A stretch of 64,000 nt of DNA from Planctomycetota bacterium (GCA_014238855.1 JABAAH010000006.1:4804-68803), one strand, 5' to 3'; numbered from the stretch's first letter, positions 19,623 through 30,171 are shown. The notes: generated from the sequence alone by a model not told the origin. Numbers and translations: made by a program.

Positions 19623-20945
19623 CTAGAGGAAATTACCTGCGATTAGTCGCCCACCACGGAATGTGGCGACGACTTCTGTCACGCAATCAAAAATCATCAT
19701 TGTTGCTTCGTCTGCTGTGTTTGGTGATACCGACGGCCTTAGAATCACGAAGTCAGCAGGCCGTCCAGCAGCGATGCACCCCGTTCTGTGTTCAAAGCCC
19801 AGAGCCCATGCGCCGTTTGCGCTGATCATAGAGAGTGCTTCTTGTGGTGTGACAAGTCCCGACTCGATGAGGCAGGCTGCTTCTGCACGAATTGAAAGAT
19901 CAGGATTGGAGCCGCGTCCATCAGTACCAAGGCAAACTCGGACTCCAGATTTTTTAAATTCTGAAATAGGCGGAAGCTTACCGGATAAGGCTAGAGTCGT
20001 TCGCGGACAGACAACAACTGTTAGTTTTTGGCGATGGAGCTTGAGTCGCGAGAACGCCACTTGGTCATCATAAAGGTGAGTTCCATGAATGATCAGGCCA
20101 CGATCACTTGTAGCCAACAGAGAAATCCAGTCGGCAGTTGTAGCTAAATTTGGTGTCTGATTTGGCCACACGCCAAGGTCTTCAAAAAGCATCCTAAAGT
20201 GGCCAGTTTGTGTTTTTAAGAATTCTGCTTCGAATTCTGATTCAGCTAAATGCATGGCGAGAGGCGATCGTATCTCATGTTTTCCACGCCGCATAGGACG
20301 TCGGAGTTTTTTTCTGGAGTCGTTGGCGACTGTCTGACCGACGTTCCACTGTGTGGAATACGGTGCGTGAGGTGAGAGCCCTACAGCCACACCTGCACGA
20401 GATAGCCGCTGAGCGTCCCTTATGCACGTAGCCTCTCGCGATAATCCATCTTGCGAGGAATGTGAACCTAAGCCAAGAAATTCTTGGAAAACACGAAGAC
20501 GCGGCCGATTCGGTATTTCGTTATAAGGAGCATTGGTGGTTGCGATCTCCCCGAGAGCAACAACCCCAGAGGCAGCTGATTCACGAATACCTGAGATAAT
20601 GGCGGCATTGTTTTGGGTGGGGTCTACGAGGGACGTGCTGTGTTCACGTTTCCAGGAAACAACCTCACGAAGCCAGCTATGGAGCCCTCCTGCAGTATTA
20701 AAAGGTTTTTGGCACGACGAGAACTCTAAGTGCGTATGCCCATTTACAAATCCAGTTGTGATGATTGAGTTACCTTGATCAATTACCTTTAGACCGTTTA
20801 GTGAGCGGGGGGGCCAGGTGCCGAAGCCTGTCACAAGACCTCGTTCAACACGAAGCCATGCATTTTCAAGAGGACGGAATGAAACCGGGAGCAACCACTT
20901 TGTTCGAACGATATATGATCGATGCTGTCGGCCCGAGTTCAGCAT
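19623..20945 (-). CDS. amidohydrolase superfamily protein, candidate aminodeoxyfutalosine deaminase
   Basis: The metal-binding GFVNGHTHLEFS (HxH) and downstream His/Asp pattern support the family. The specific function is inferred only from adjacency to mqn genes. Confidence 0.6.
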   Translation of the reverse strand: MLNSGRQHRSYIVRTKWLLPVSFRPLENAWLRVERGLVTGFGTWPPRSLNGLKVIDQGNSIITTGFVNGHTHLEFSSCQKPFNTAGGLHSWLREVVSWKREHSTSLVDPTQNNAAIISGIRESAASGVVALGEIATTNAPYNEIPNRPRLRVFQEFLGLGSHSSQDGLSREATCIRDAQRLSRAGVAVGLSPHAPYSTQWNVGQTVANDSRKKLRRPMRRGKHEIRSPLAMHLAESEFEAEFLKTQTGHFRMLFEDLGVWPNQTPNLATTADWISLLATSDRGLIIHGTHLYDDQVAFSRLKLHRQKLTVVVCPRTTLALSGKLPPISEFKKSGVRVCLGTDGRGSNPDLSIRAEAACLIESGLVTPQEALSMISANGAWALGFEHRTGCIAAGRPADFVILRPSVSPNTADEATMMIFDCVTEVVATFRGGRLIAGNFL

Positions 20946-20961
20946 ACGAGGTGCTCTTTGT

Positions 20962-22113
20962 CTACGATGCTGAGGTTAAGACAGGCAGTTCAATATTCAA
21001 AGTCGTAGGAATAGGTGATTCCTTCACCTGATCGATTCTATCGTCTAAAAGTTCATAGAAGACATTCCGTCGTCTGGGCTCCCATCCGAGTTCTGAGATC
21101 GCAGATCGCATCTGGTCAAGAGTGAGGTGGTGCACCGTTCCCGCTGCACTCACCACGTTTTCCTCGAGCATTAAACTGCCCATATCGTTCGCACCAAAAA
21201 GGAGAGCAAGTTGGCCAATATCTCGACCCTGCGTAACCCAACTCGACTGAATGTTGGGTATGTTGTCTAGATAAAGACGAGCGACAGCCTGAGTCTTAAG
21301 ATATTCAAAAGAACCGGATGCAGGGATGTGAGACATTTCAGTGTTGTCGGGCTGAAATGACCAACAAATGAAGGCGGTGAACCCACCGGTCTCATCTTGT
21401 AATTCTCGCAAGCGGTCGAGATGCTCGATTCTCTCGGCCAGCGTCTCGATATGGCCGAACATCATTGTTGCCGTGCTTCTTCCGCCGAGAGCATGCCACT
21501 GTCGATGGACGTTTAACCAATCATCTGTCATGACTTTTCCACGAGTCATTGCTGATCGAACACGGTCGACGAGGATCTCACCACCACCACCTGGAAGAGA
21601 TCCAAGACCAGCAGCAGCAAGACGTTCAAGGATTTCCTCAAGGGGTCTCTTTGCCACCTTTGTAAGATGAAAAATTTCAGGAGGAGAGAATCCATGAACA
21701 TTAACCGAAGGGAAATGTGACTTGATGTCTCGTAGGAGTTCTTCGTACCACTCAAGTGGCAATGTAGGATGCATACCACCTTGCAGAAGAATCTGATCTC
21801 CTCCAATAGCCACAGTTTCTTCTATTTTCTTTAGAAGGACTTCTCTTTCGAGCACGTAGCCATCAGGAGCTTTAGGGCCACGAAAGAATGCACAGAAGTC
21901 ACATACTGCCGTGCAGATGTTCGTGTAATTGATATTTCGATCAATATTGTAAGTCCGGTATGTCTCTGGATGAAGCTTTGTCGTCACAGCATGAGCTGCT
22001 TCTCCAATAGACGCTAGCCGATTGGACTCCAGAAGACGAATCGCGTCAGTATGCTCTAAACGATGACCAGCGAGAACTGAATCAAGAATTTTTGATGTAT
22101 CGTTTTCAATCAC
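20962..22113 (-). CDS. radical SAM menaquinone (futalosine pathway) enzyme, MqnC/MqnE family
   Basis: NINYTNICTAVCDFCAF (CxxxCxxC) and CofH/MqnC/MqnE-like length of 383 aa. I cannot separate MqnC from MqnE by eye. Confidence 0.8.
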   Translation of the reverse strand: MIENDTSKILDSVLAGHRLEHTDAIRLLESNRLASIGEAAHAVTTKLHPETYRTYNIDRNINYTNICTAVCDFCAFFRGPKAPDGYVLEREVLLKKIEETVAIGGDQILLQGGMHPTLPLEWYEELLRDIKSHFPSVNVHGFSPPEIFHLTKVAKRPLEEILERLAAAGLGSLPGGGGEILVDRVRSAMTRGKVMTDDWLNVHRQWHALGGRSTATMMFGHIETLAERIEHLDRLRELQDETGGFTAFICWSFQPDNTEMSHIPASGSFEYLKTQAVARLYLDNIPNIQSSWVTQGRDIGQLALLFGANDMGSLMLEENVVSAAGTVHHLTLDQMRSAISELGWEPRRRNVFYELLDDRIDQVKESPIPTTLNIELPVLTSAS

Positions 22114-22124
22114 TGGACACCGGT

Positions 22125-23009
22125 CTAAGAAAGTTTTGAATATTGAAATGCTGCATCAAAATTGCGATTGGTGGGGGCAAGGTTAAGTTCCATGGAATAT
22201 TCATGAAAGAGTCGCAATCCCTGTTGCTCATCGTAACCGAGATTGTAATGAAGATTATCACTTAAGTAATCCATGCACTGGGTTACGGAAAGTCCGTGGG
22301 CCGCTGCTTCAATAGCTGCAATTGTTGCCAGATTCGCAAGCCCGGAGTCACGGGCTGCATTAAGACGTTTTTCTAATGGTTCTAAGTCAACCGAAGGACG
22401 AGCTGCCCAGACTGCAAAAACAAAAGGAAGATTCGTCCAGCGATGCCATTCTTCACCGAGGTCCCAGACCGTTTGGAAGCCACCGCTGACAGGTCCGATT
22501 GCTCGGTCACCAATTAAAAGTACCGCGTCAGCATTCGTCGACTCGATATTTTCTCCAATCGGCAGTACTTCGAGTTCAGGCGTCACGCCAAATCGTTTGG
22601 CTAATAAGATTTTACATAATGCAACACTTGTTCTTGATCCTTCATCCACTGCAATACGGGTTGTCTTTTCAGGGCGTGTCCGAAAAAATAACCTGACGCT
22701 CATAACGGATCCGAGACATGCGATGCATGCGTTGGAAACTACTCGATATTTACTTTCACTTTGGCTAGTCCACGTGTTGTCAGAGTGATGTGGTCCGTAC
22801 CGAGGAGAGTCGAGTCGTTGGAAAAGCTCAATCGATGGGATGAGGGCTACGTCAAGTTCGTGGCGTGCTAGACGATCTGCAAGTTTGCTTGGAAGATCAA
22901 AATCAAGTGAATCACCAAGACCGTATATGAGAGGTCTCGTATTAAGATATTGAACCGCACCTATTCGCTCCCTCCCTGCGCGTACCAAGCCGTGGCTCTG
23001 TTCCACCAT
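22125..23009 (-). CDS. mqnA: chorismate dehydratase MqnA family
   Basis: RIGAVQYLNTRPL N-terminal motif and periplasmic-binding-protein-like length. ATG 23009 is chosen. In-frame upstream starts at 23036 and 23078 are possible. Confidence 0.75.
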   Translation of the reverse strand: MVEQSHGLVRAGRERIGAVQYLNTRPLIYGLGDSLDFDLPSKLADRLARHELDVALIPSIELFQRLDSPRYGPHHSDNTWTSQSESKYRVVSNACIACLGSVMSVRLFFRTRPEKTTRIAVDEGSRTSVALCKILLAKRFGVTPELEVLPIGENIESTNADAVLLIGDRAIGPVSGGFQTVWDLGEEWHRWTNLPFVFAVWAARPSVDLEPLEKRLNAARDSGLANLATIAAIEAAAHGLSVTQCMDYLSDNLHYNLGYDEQQGLRLFHEYSMELNLAPTNRNFDAAFQYSKLS

Positions 23010-23201
23010 CGTAAATTGTTGTCTTGGGCGAATCATGTTTCGGTATATATGCGTTAACAGTCTCTCAGCACAGATCAAGTTTCCCTTGATAACAATAGAC
23101 GATTCAGCGTTTGGGGCCAGAAAACACCGCTATTTTGCCAGAAAATGCCGATAGTTTCCTAGAGTAGGCATCGCCACCATCCTAGGATTACAGAAGCGAG
23201 T

Positions 23202-24968
23202 TTAAGGCTCTAGATGCCGGAACGCACGAATGCCAAGAAATAAAGGTGCGAAAGTGGCTAGCAAGCCAATTGCAATAATTATTACGAGGCTTATTACAAC
23301 GCCACCAGAGCCTTCAATGAGCCAGAGTATTGGGCTATCAGGAAGTCGTCCTCCTGCGTTTCGTAAAAGATTGAAATGGCTCGTCAACCCAACTGTGATG
23401 ACCACGAAAATGATAAATAATGCGCTAAGGACGAGGCTTACGGTTCCCCCAAAACCAGCCGCAATCTTCGCAGGTGAGGATTCACGGAAATCGGGCATGC
23501 ACGCTCCCATTCCAACAGCTATACCAGAGAGGCCGCCACACAAAGCAACACAGCAAGCAAGATGTACATAAATTGTTTTCTGCTCCAAGCCCAGCATTGA
23601 GTCGCTCAAAAGAATTAACCCAAGGCAGGGAATAAGACCGCCAATAAATGAAAAAAGAAACTTCGCCCAAATAATTTGATCACGATGTATTGGGAGAAGT
23701 CCAAGAATCCAAAAACGGCGACCCTCAAGGCTAATCGATGGAAAAACAAAACGTGTAGTGAATGTTGAGAGAATAAGCCCAACCACAGCTAAATTGAGAT
23801 GTCCAATAAGGGATGCGTATGCATTCGAATAGTTAAAAGATTGCAAGTTATAAAAGTAAAAAGCTAGTAGGCCGAAGAAAATTACAAATTGGGACCATTG
23901 AGTAACATCCCGACGAAAAATCTGTAGATCTTTGACGAGTAGGAGGCGAATAGGGTGTCCCTGTTTTGATCCGCTCCGCGCGAGCAACTCATCGAGCCAG
24001 AAGATTTGTCTCTGTCTTTTACATGGCATTTCAGCCTCGAGGTTGCTGTATCCTTTTCGATACGCCCACCGAGCAACCCAGCTTGCCATAAGGCTCAGAA
24101 GCATCGCGTTTGCGATGATTAATCCTAAAAACTTGATGGCTTCTAAGGTGCTCTGACGAGTAAGTTCACGAGATTCGTTACGAAGTGCCGCATCGAGGAG
24201 CCCTGAAGAGAGCCACCAGCTCGGTAGAAACACCTGCTCAGTCATCGCAAGGCGTGATAGCGTTTCTTCAAACCATGCAGGCGTGAGTACTTGGCTCTGT
24301 GTTAAGCCAAAAGTGGACCAAGCAAGCCACAAGGCGGCAAACGTTGCGGTTGCGAATAAGACTGAGAAGGCATGCAGTCGCAGTCGAGGTAGGACTGCAA
24401 CAACAAGCATGCACAAAATGCTACCGAGTGAGGCTGGAATAAAAACAAATGCAACCATAAACGGCAAGAGCATTATGAAAAAACTCCAGGGGGCATCGCG
24501 TACGATACCGTAGGCAATGAGCATCGGACTGCCAAGAAGAATGAATCCCCAACTCGAGAACCAGAGTGCTTCGATGAATTTGTGGGCATGAATTGCCTCT
24601 GCTCGCAAAGGGCACGCTAAAAGAAACTTGGATTCTTCAGACCGATACAGTCCTCCGTACATTAAGATTCCTGTTGAGAAAATCATCATGATCATTAAGG
24701 CAGAGAAGAACGTGTTGAAGAGCAACGACATTACTTCGGCATGCATGGAATCAATGAAATTAAAAGACTCATAGAACAGGCAGAATATGGCCGCCCAAAA
24801 AATAGCACTAAGAGCGATGACAAGTCCAAATCGGAAACGAGACTTATAAATTGTCGAGCGAACAAGGTTCCACGCAATTGTTCTTCGAAGCTTCTGTGTA
24901 AGTAAATTTTCTTGTGAAACATCAAGTAATTGAGGGTGCATCTCAGTGGCCGGCTTCTTCGTTATCAT
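23202..24968 (-). CDS. large polytopic permease of putative ABC exporter
   Basis: 588 aa with a dozen or more hydrophobic segments. The start is ATGA-overlapped with the stop of the upstream ABC ATPase. Confidence 0.6.
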   Translation of the reverse strand: MITKKPATEMHPQLLDVSQENLLTQKLRRTIAWNLVRSTIYKSRFRFGLVIALSAIFWAAIFCLFYESFNFIDSMHAEVMSLLFNTFFSALMIMMIFSTGILMYGGLYRSEESKFLLACPLRAEAIHAHKFIEALWFSSWGFILLGSPMLIAYGIVRDAPWSFFIMLLPFMVAFVFIPASLGSILCMLVVAVLPRLRLHAFSVLFATATFAALWLAWSTFGLTQSQVLTPAWFEETLSRLAMTEQVFLPSWWLSSGLLDAALRNESRELTRQSTLEAIKFLGLIIANAMLLSLMASWVARWAYRKGYSNLEAEMPCKRQRQIFWLDELLARSGSKQGHPIRLLLVKDLQIFRRDVTQWSQFVIFFGLLAFYFYNLQSFNYSNAYASLIGHLNLAVVGLILSTFTTRFVFPSISLEGRRFWILGLLPIHRDQIIWAKFLFSFIGGLIPCLGLILLSDSMLGLEQKTIYVHLACCVALCGGLSGIAVGMGACMPDFRESSPAKIAAGFGGTVSLVLSALFIIFVVITVGLTSHFNLLRNAGGRLPDSPILWLIEGSGGVVISLVIIIAIGLLATFAPLFLGIRAFRHLEP

Positions 24969-25723
24969 GTATTGTTAGATGGGTTGGTTTGATCCGCTAT
25001 CGGAATTGATGTGATTTTTAGGTAAAGGCTTTCAAGGCTTTTAGTATCAACATCTACCTGTTCACGAAGTTCTGAAACCGTTCCAACGAATTGGATTTTC
25101 CCCTGAACCATGATGCCCATACGATCAGCCATCTCTTCTGCCATTGCGAGCGTGTGAGTTGACATAAACACAGTCATGCCCTCAGCGGTCTTCTCTTTAA
25201 GAAGATCTTTCACGATTCGAACGCTCCTAGGATCAAGACCCACCATGGGTTCATCGAGTACGAGTACGTCAGGATCGTGTAAAAAAGCAGCTGCGAATAT
25301 AAGCCGCTGTCTCATGCCAAGAGAGTAATTTTCAGCAAGATCATCAGCGAAATCCTGGAGCTCGAAGCGTTTAATCTCACGGTCGATATGGGCTCGTGTA
25401 AGGTGTTGCGGTATGCGATACATGTCAGCAATGAATCGCAGGAATTCGTGGCCTGTAAGTTTGTCGTACAGATAGGGCTCATCAGGTACGTATCCTAAAC
25501 GAGAGTGTGCAGAGCGTGTTTCTATAATAAGATCATGCCCGCAGACACGTACAACACCATGTGAGGGTCGGAGCAACCCAACGAGCATCTTAATAGTGGT
25601 GGTTTTACCTGCTCCATTTGGCCCAAGAAGCGCAAATAATTCACCTGACGGAATTGTAAGATCAAGATCGCACACAGCAATTTTTTTGCCATAATTTCGG
25701 GTGGCATTTTCAAATTGAATCAT
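24965..25723 (-). CDS. ABC transporter ATP-binding protein
   Basis: Walker A GPNGAGKTT, signature YSLGMRQR and Walker B LVLDEP. Confidence 0.9.
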   Translation of the reverse strand: MIQFENATRNYGKKIAVCDLDLTIPSGELFALLGPNGAGKTTTIKMLVGLLRPSHGVVRVCGHDLIIETRSAHSRLGYVPDEPYLYDKLTGHEFLRFIADMYRIPQHLTRAHIDREIKRFELQDFADDLAENYSLGMRQRLIFAAAFLHDPDVLVLDEPMVGLDPRSVRIVKDLLKEKTAEGMTVFMSTHTLAMAEEMADRMGIMVQGKIQFVGTVSELREQVDVDTKSLESLYLKITSIPIADQTNPSNNT

Positions 25724-25807
25724 GAATGTTGCCGTGGTTACTCCGTGAGGACGTTAAGACATGTTTGCTCAGTAAATTCTATTGCAACGTGCTTGTGTTG
25801 CTCGAAT

Positions 25808-26716
25808 TTATTTTCCAGTAAATAGCTTCTTCGCCTGTTCAAGTCGATTTTCAAGTGACAATGCGACACTCTCAGGAGATCGTAGGAAGAGTAATCTTTT
25901 GCCAAGTATTATCGACTCATGCTGCAATACTTGGCCGCGAGGACCGACCCATATTCGGCTGCGTGGCTGTCGGTGTCCATTGGGAGTCGTTCGGTAATTT
26001 ACGACGTCAGTAGTAATCAATTGATTACCAAAGCGAAGCACTTCATGACCAGAAACATGTGCGTAGACGAGCTCTATTGGTTTTTTGCTTGGGCGAAGGG
26101 GGCTGTAAATAGGAACGGTCCAGCGTTGTCCTTGAGAAAGTCCTGGCATGTTCGCTTGAGGTGAAAGTTCGTCCCGAATAGATAGTTCGTTCGGTAGGTA
26201 TCGTTTCGTTTCGTATTGCAAATCACCGGACTGAAGTAACACCGTTACTTGGTTTTCAGCGTCGATAAGCCCGTGTAAGTGTACGTCTTGTTGAACGCGA
26301 GGAATCTTGACGACGGAATCAAACTCTCGTAGAGCTCCATGACTATCGATTTGCATGCGGCCCCAGACATCGAGTTCTATCGTGGTGAGTAGAGTTGCTC
26401 CATTCACTTTTAACAAAGCATGTGCCCAGAGTGGCAATAGGTCACCCAGTGGCAGCGAGTTGAGTTGAAGGTTTGACCAGACGGTCGCGGTGCTGGATGG
26501 AGTTGGTTCGACGGTACTCACCGCTGATCCCACCGTTTTTCCATTGAGCTTGATTACCCAAGCAACGGTTTTCGCATGCTCTGACGGGGCGTACATTGAT
26601 TGATAGCCGGGTGGTTTGTCAGAAACAATTGTTGGCCAAATTTTAGTGATGAATAACCAGCCATTTGCAATACTTGCGAATAGCACAATGAGTGTCGTCA
26701 TAAGTGGGCGATTCAT
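25808..26716 (-). CDS. N-terminally membrane-anchored protein, function unknown
   Basis: 302-aa ORF with one N-terminal hydrophobic helix and no recognisable domain. Co-oriented 85 nt upstream of the ABC pair. Confidence 0.5.
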   Translation of the reverse strand: MNRPLMTTLIVLFASIANGWLFITKIWPTIVSDKPPGYQSMYAPSEHAKTVAWVIKLNGKTVGSAVSTVEPTPSSTATVWSNLQLNSLPLGDLLPLWAHALLKVNGATLLTTIELDVWGRMQIDSHGALREFDSVVKIPRVQQDVHLHGLIDAENQVTVLLQSGDLQYETKRYLPNELSIRDELSPQANMPGLSQGQRWTVPIYSPLRPSKKPIELVYAHVSGHEVLRFGNQLITTDVVNYRTTPNGHRQPRSRIWVGPRGQVLQHESIILGKRLLFLRSPESVALSLENRLEQAKKLFTGK

Positions 26717-27156
26717 AGATCTAACTCTTGATTTTACTTGTCAAAAACAGCATGGAGGGCTCCGGTCGCGATGGCAAAGAAGGCTGGCCTACAGGCTGAT
26801 GTGTACCCTGTGAATTTTAGATAAGGAAAATGATGATCGTGGACGGTGCCTTTGCTGCCAGTTGTGTTAGCCAATTATGCAGCCCGAGACATTTTAGAGT
26901 GTATTTTATGGGAAGAAGTGTAGTTTTTACTTTCGGTTAATATTGGAGTTGATAAAACCCTGTGAAAATTTTTATACTATTAAACTAAGCAGGGGGTGGG
27001 CTATCAATGTGTTGAACAGGTGCCGATTGAAATAAGTCGCGTTCAGCTTCGTTTGTATTAAAAAATTGTTTGGAAATAAAGCAGGTGGAAAAGTTTGCTT
27101 CAGATATTGTGGATAATGGGGTTCGGTCAACTGGAAGAAACCCAGGAGGTTGAGCG

Positions 27157-27435
27157 ATGAACGATTCTGTCTATTATCATCAAGGCTGTCCTGTATGCGG
27201 TAGGATTTTACGGATCGGTATCCGTTTGCTTGGTCAGCGTGTTTACTGCCAGCACTGCGGGGGTGGTTTTCGTGCAACGGATGTAGCTCTTGAAGATGTG
27301 AAAGCAACACGCGTGATAGAGCATTTGCAGGAAGATCGTATCGAGACTTTACTAGAACTCGCTGCTGAATCGATCAGTGATTCACTCAAGTGTGAACAGC
27401 CTCTTGAAAAAGGCACAACGCACAGGGCTGGCTAA
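27157..27435 (+). CDS. small zinc-ribbon protein
   Basis: 92 aa with CPVCGR..(16)..CQHCGG. A GGAGG-like site (aggagg) lies a few nt upstream of the ATG. Confidence 0.45.
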   Translation: MNDSVYYHQGCPVCGRILRIGIRLLGQRVYCQHCGGGFRATDVALEDVKATRVIEHLQEDRIETLLELAAESISDSLKCEQPLEKGTTHRAG

Positions 27436-27472
27436 GAAATATTTTCTTGCTTGGCAATGCAGCGTTTAGTTT

Positions 27473-28789
27473 CTAATTCCGGCTGTGCTTCGCGAGGTTT
27501 TCAAATTCTGTCCAGTAACTGGGGAAAGTCTTCCCAACGCATGCTGGGTTGATGATGCATAGTCCCTCGGACCGAAGCCCAGCAAGCGACAGGCTCATAG
27601 CCATTCGGTGGTCATCATATGTTTGGATTTTTGCAGGTCGTAGCGGTGCCGGGTGTATCGTTAACCCGTCAGGATGTTCTTCAACGTTAGCACCAAGTCG
27701 TTGGAGTTCACAAGCAAGGTCACGAATGCGATCAGTTTCTTTGTCTCGTATGTGTTCCACATTACGAATAATAGTTGGTCCCTTGGCAAACAGTGCAACA
27801 ACAGCGAGAGTCATGACGGTATCGCTAATTGCATTCATGTCGATATCAATGCCCTGCAAAGATCGGCCTTCTATCGTAACAAAAGGATATGACGCCGTGT
27901 CACTTGACCAGGTGACAATACAGCCCATCTGCTCAAGTGCCTCACAAAATTTGATATCCCCTTGCATGCTCGTGTGGCACAGCCCATCAAGAGTTACTGT
28001 TCCACCAGTTATTGCAGCAGCTGCAGCAAAATAGCTGGCCGCAGAAGCGTCTGGCTCAACCTCGAAATCTCGAGCAGCATATCCGGTGGGCAGAATATGC
28101 CACAGGTTTTTCTCTCGGGCCTCACACGTACCACCAAAGGATTCAATGATGTTGCGGGTCATTTCGAGATAGGGAGTTGAGACGAGTGTTCCCGTAAGTT
28201 CAAGAAGAAGTCCGTCTGGCATGCACGGTGCAACTAAGGCAAGTCCGCTTGCGAATTGGCTACTTTTAGTTCCCTGAATACGTGTCTCAGATTTTTTGAT
28301 ACCTCTGCTATGGATAGTAACAGGAGGGCATTCGCCTGCACTCCCTGCTTCGGCATCAACGCCTAGGGCTCGGAGTGCACTGAGAAGATCACCAATGGGT
28401 CGTTGGCGCATACGTGTTGTTCCATCGAGAACATACTGGCCATGCCCGAGGCTTACTAAAGCAGTAAGAAATCGCATCGTGGTACCGCTTGCCTGGCAGT
28501 CAATAGAGGCCTGAGAGACCGGAATGAAACCGCCAGCTCCACGAACAGTGAGGACGTGTTCCTTCCAGTCTGCATCGATGTCAAAACCGAGGTTTTTAAG
28601 TCCATCGATCATGATACGGGTATCATCACTGTCGAGTGCCCCGGTAATATGACTCGTGCCGTTTGCGAGTGCAGCACAGATCACGACCCGATTGGTGATA
28701 CTCTTTGATCCTGGCACACGGACTCGGCCTTGGATTGGTCTTTGCACGGGAGTTATGGCTAACTCGTTAGGTAGAACGTTTCGTGACAT
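27473..28789 (-). CDS. aroA: 3-phosphoshikimate 1-carboxyvinyltransferase (EPSP synthase)
   Basis: VPGSKSITNR, DDHRMAMS and the overall two-domain pattern. ATG 28789 (MSRNVLP) is preferred over the track start at 28882. Confidence 0.9.
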   Translation of the reverse strand: MSRNVLPNELAITPVQRPIQGRVRVPGSKSITNRVVICAALANGTSHITGALDSDDTRIMIDGLKNLGFDIDADWKEHVLTVRGAGGFIPVSQASIDCQASGTTMRFLTALVSLGHGQYVLDGTTRMRQRPIGDLLSALRALGVDAEAGSAGECPPVTIHSRGIKKSETRIQGTKSSQFASGLALVAPCMPDGLLLELTGTLVSTPYLEMTRNIIESFGGTCEAREKNLWHILPTGYAARDFEVEPDASAASYFAAAAAITGGTVTLDGLCHTSMQGDIKFCEALEQMGCIVTWSSDTASYPFVTIEGRSLQGIDIDMNAISDTVMTLAVVALFAKGPTIIRNVEHIRDKETDRIRDLACELQRLGANVEEHPDGLTIHPAPLRPAKIQTYDDHRMAMSLSLAGLRSEGLCIINPACVGKTFPSYWTEFENLAKHSRN

Positions 28790-28925
28790 TGGGCTAAATG
28801 AAGGAAACAATGGGAAAGGAATTCGACTGCAGGGCAAAATAAGTCTTGCGTGTAAAGTATGCCATGTTCGAGCGGTAAGCACTAGAAATTATCAAACAAC
28901 GCTGCTATTCCTAAAGGTTTTTGTG

Positions 28926-30143
28926 ATGAAGGCACTGCATCAGGATTCTGAAGGTGTTCGTAGGTCTTATGATCTTACTGTTCCGCCAATTGTGCGATTT
29001 GGATCTGGCCGAATTGCAGAGGTCGGAAGTATTGCGACTGTTTTGGGAAACCGAATCTGGTTAGTTCTTGGAAAGCACAGTTTTGCTACATGTGTTGGAA
29101 GAGAAAGCTTGCTTGATGGTTTTCATCAGCACGGATTAGAATTTCAAGAAGTTGCTCATTCCTGTGGTGAACCGACAGTACAGCAGCTAGCAAAGGCAGT
29201 AAGGAGTTTGCCACTTGATCGGGAGAATGTGGTAGTCGTTGCAGTAGGTGGTGGGTCAACCATTGACTTTGGCAAAGCGCTATCTGCCTTGGCAACAAAT
29301 ATTGATCCAGATACAGACGAGTCGGCAGAGGAAATGATCCTCGATCGGTTGGAGGGCGTGGGCAGGGGCATTCCGATTGATACTCCACCACTCCCTTTTG
29401 TGGCTGTGCCTACAACAGCTGGAACTGGTGCAGAGGCAACACGAAACGCCGTTCTTTCATGTCCAAAGCGAAGGTTTAAAAAAAGCTTAAGAAGTACACT
29501 GATGGTTCCGCGGGCAGTAGTTCTCGACCCAAGCTTAATTGGCTCGTGCAATCGTAATGTAATCGCAGCGTCTGGAATTGATTGCCTTACCCAATTGATT
29601 GAATCGTTTATATGTCGGTCTCGGTGGTCTGTTCCAAGGGCACTGGTACTCGATGCGTTTCCAGATGCGATGACTGCCTTACCTAGTCTGCTGAAGAATC
29701 CTCTTGATAAAGCCGCGCAATCGTCACTAGTACACGCGGCATTTATTTCAGGTGTTTCCCTTGGAAATTCTGGTTTGGGTTTGGCCCATGGTGTGGCGGC
29801 AGCGATTGGTGTCGAATGTGGCGCTTCACATGGTTTGGCTTGTGCTGCATTATTACCCGTGGCGCTCCGTGTAAATCAGAAGATTGCAGAAAATGATTTA
29901 GCCAGACTCAATCAGCTGCTTGGTGGAGAAGTCTTGCCTGCTCCTGATGGTGCCCAGCAACTTGTTGAACGTGTTATAGAATTGTGCCGCTTCGCAGGGA
30001 CCCCAACTCGCTTGTCAGAGTTTGGTTTAAAGAGAAACCGCATTCCGTGGGTTGCTGAGCATTCTGGTGGCAATAGCATGAGAGGTAATCCGGTACAGCT
30101 TTCGCTAACAGAGCTTGTGCAGCAGCTCGAGTCTATTTTTTAA
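28926..30143 (+). CDS. iron-containing (group III) alcohol dehydrogenase family protein
   Basis: GGGSTIDFGKA and metal-ligand His-rich region (LAHGVAAAIG, HG). ATG 28926 is chosen because the track start at 28656 would overlap aroA. Confidence 0.85.
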   Translation: MKALHQDSEGVRRSYDLTVPPIVRFGSGRIAEVGSIATVLGNRIWLVLGKHSFATCVGRESLLDGFHQHGLEFQEVAHSCGEPTVQQLAKAVRSLPLDRENVVVVAVGGGSTIDFGKALSALATNIDPDTDESAEEMILDRLEGVGRGIPIDTPPLPFVAVPTTAGTGAEATRNAVLSCPKRRFKKSLRSTLMVPRAVVLDPSLIGSCNRNVIAASGIDCLTQLIESFICRSRWSVPRALVLDAFPDAMTALPSLLKNPLDKAAQSSLVHAAFISGVSLGNSGLGLAHGVAAAIGVECGASHGLACAALLPVALRVNQKIAENDLARLNQLLGGEVLPAPDGAQQLVERVIELCRFAGTPTRLSEFGLKRNRIPWVAEHSGGNSMRGNPVQLSLTELVQQLESIF

Positions 30144-30171
30144 ATCAGATGTGCCGTGAGCCAGCATCTGT

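Noticed and set aside
19617-19625. Convergent hisG and amidohydrolase stops only 3 nt apart (similarly acpS/topA at 8 nt and ATP-grasp/GNAT at 10 nt)
   Set aside because: Tight convergent packing without terminators is noted, but it is common in compact genomes and is not in itself evidence of a special mechanism.
28656-28925. N-terminal extension of the alcohol dehydrogenase ORF
   Set aside because: It would overlap the aroA coding region on the opposite strand by over 100 nt and has no ADH-like sequence. The internal ATG at 28926 starts the conserved domain.
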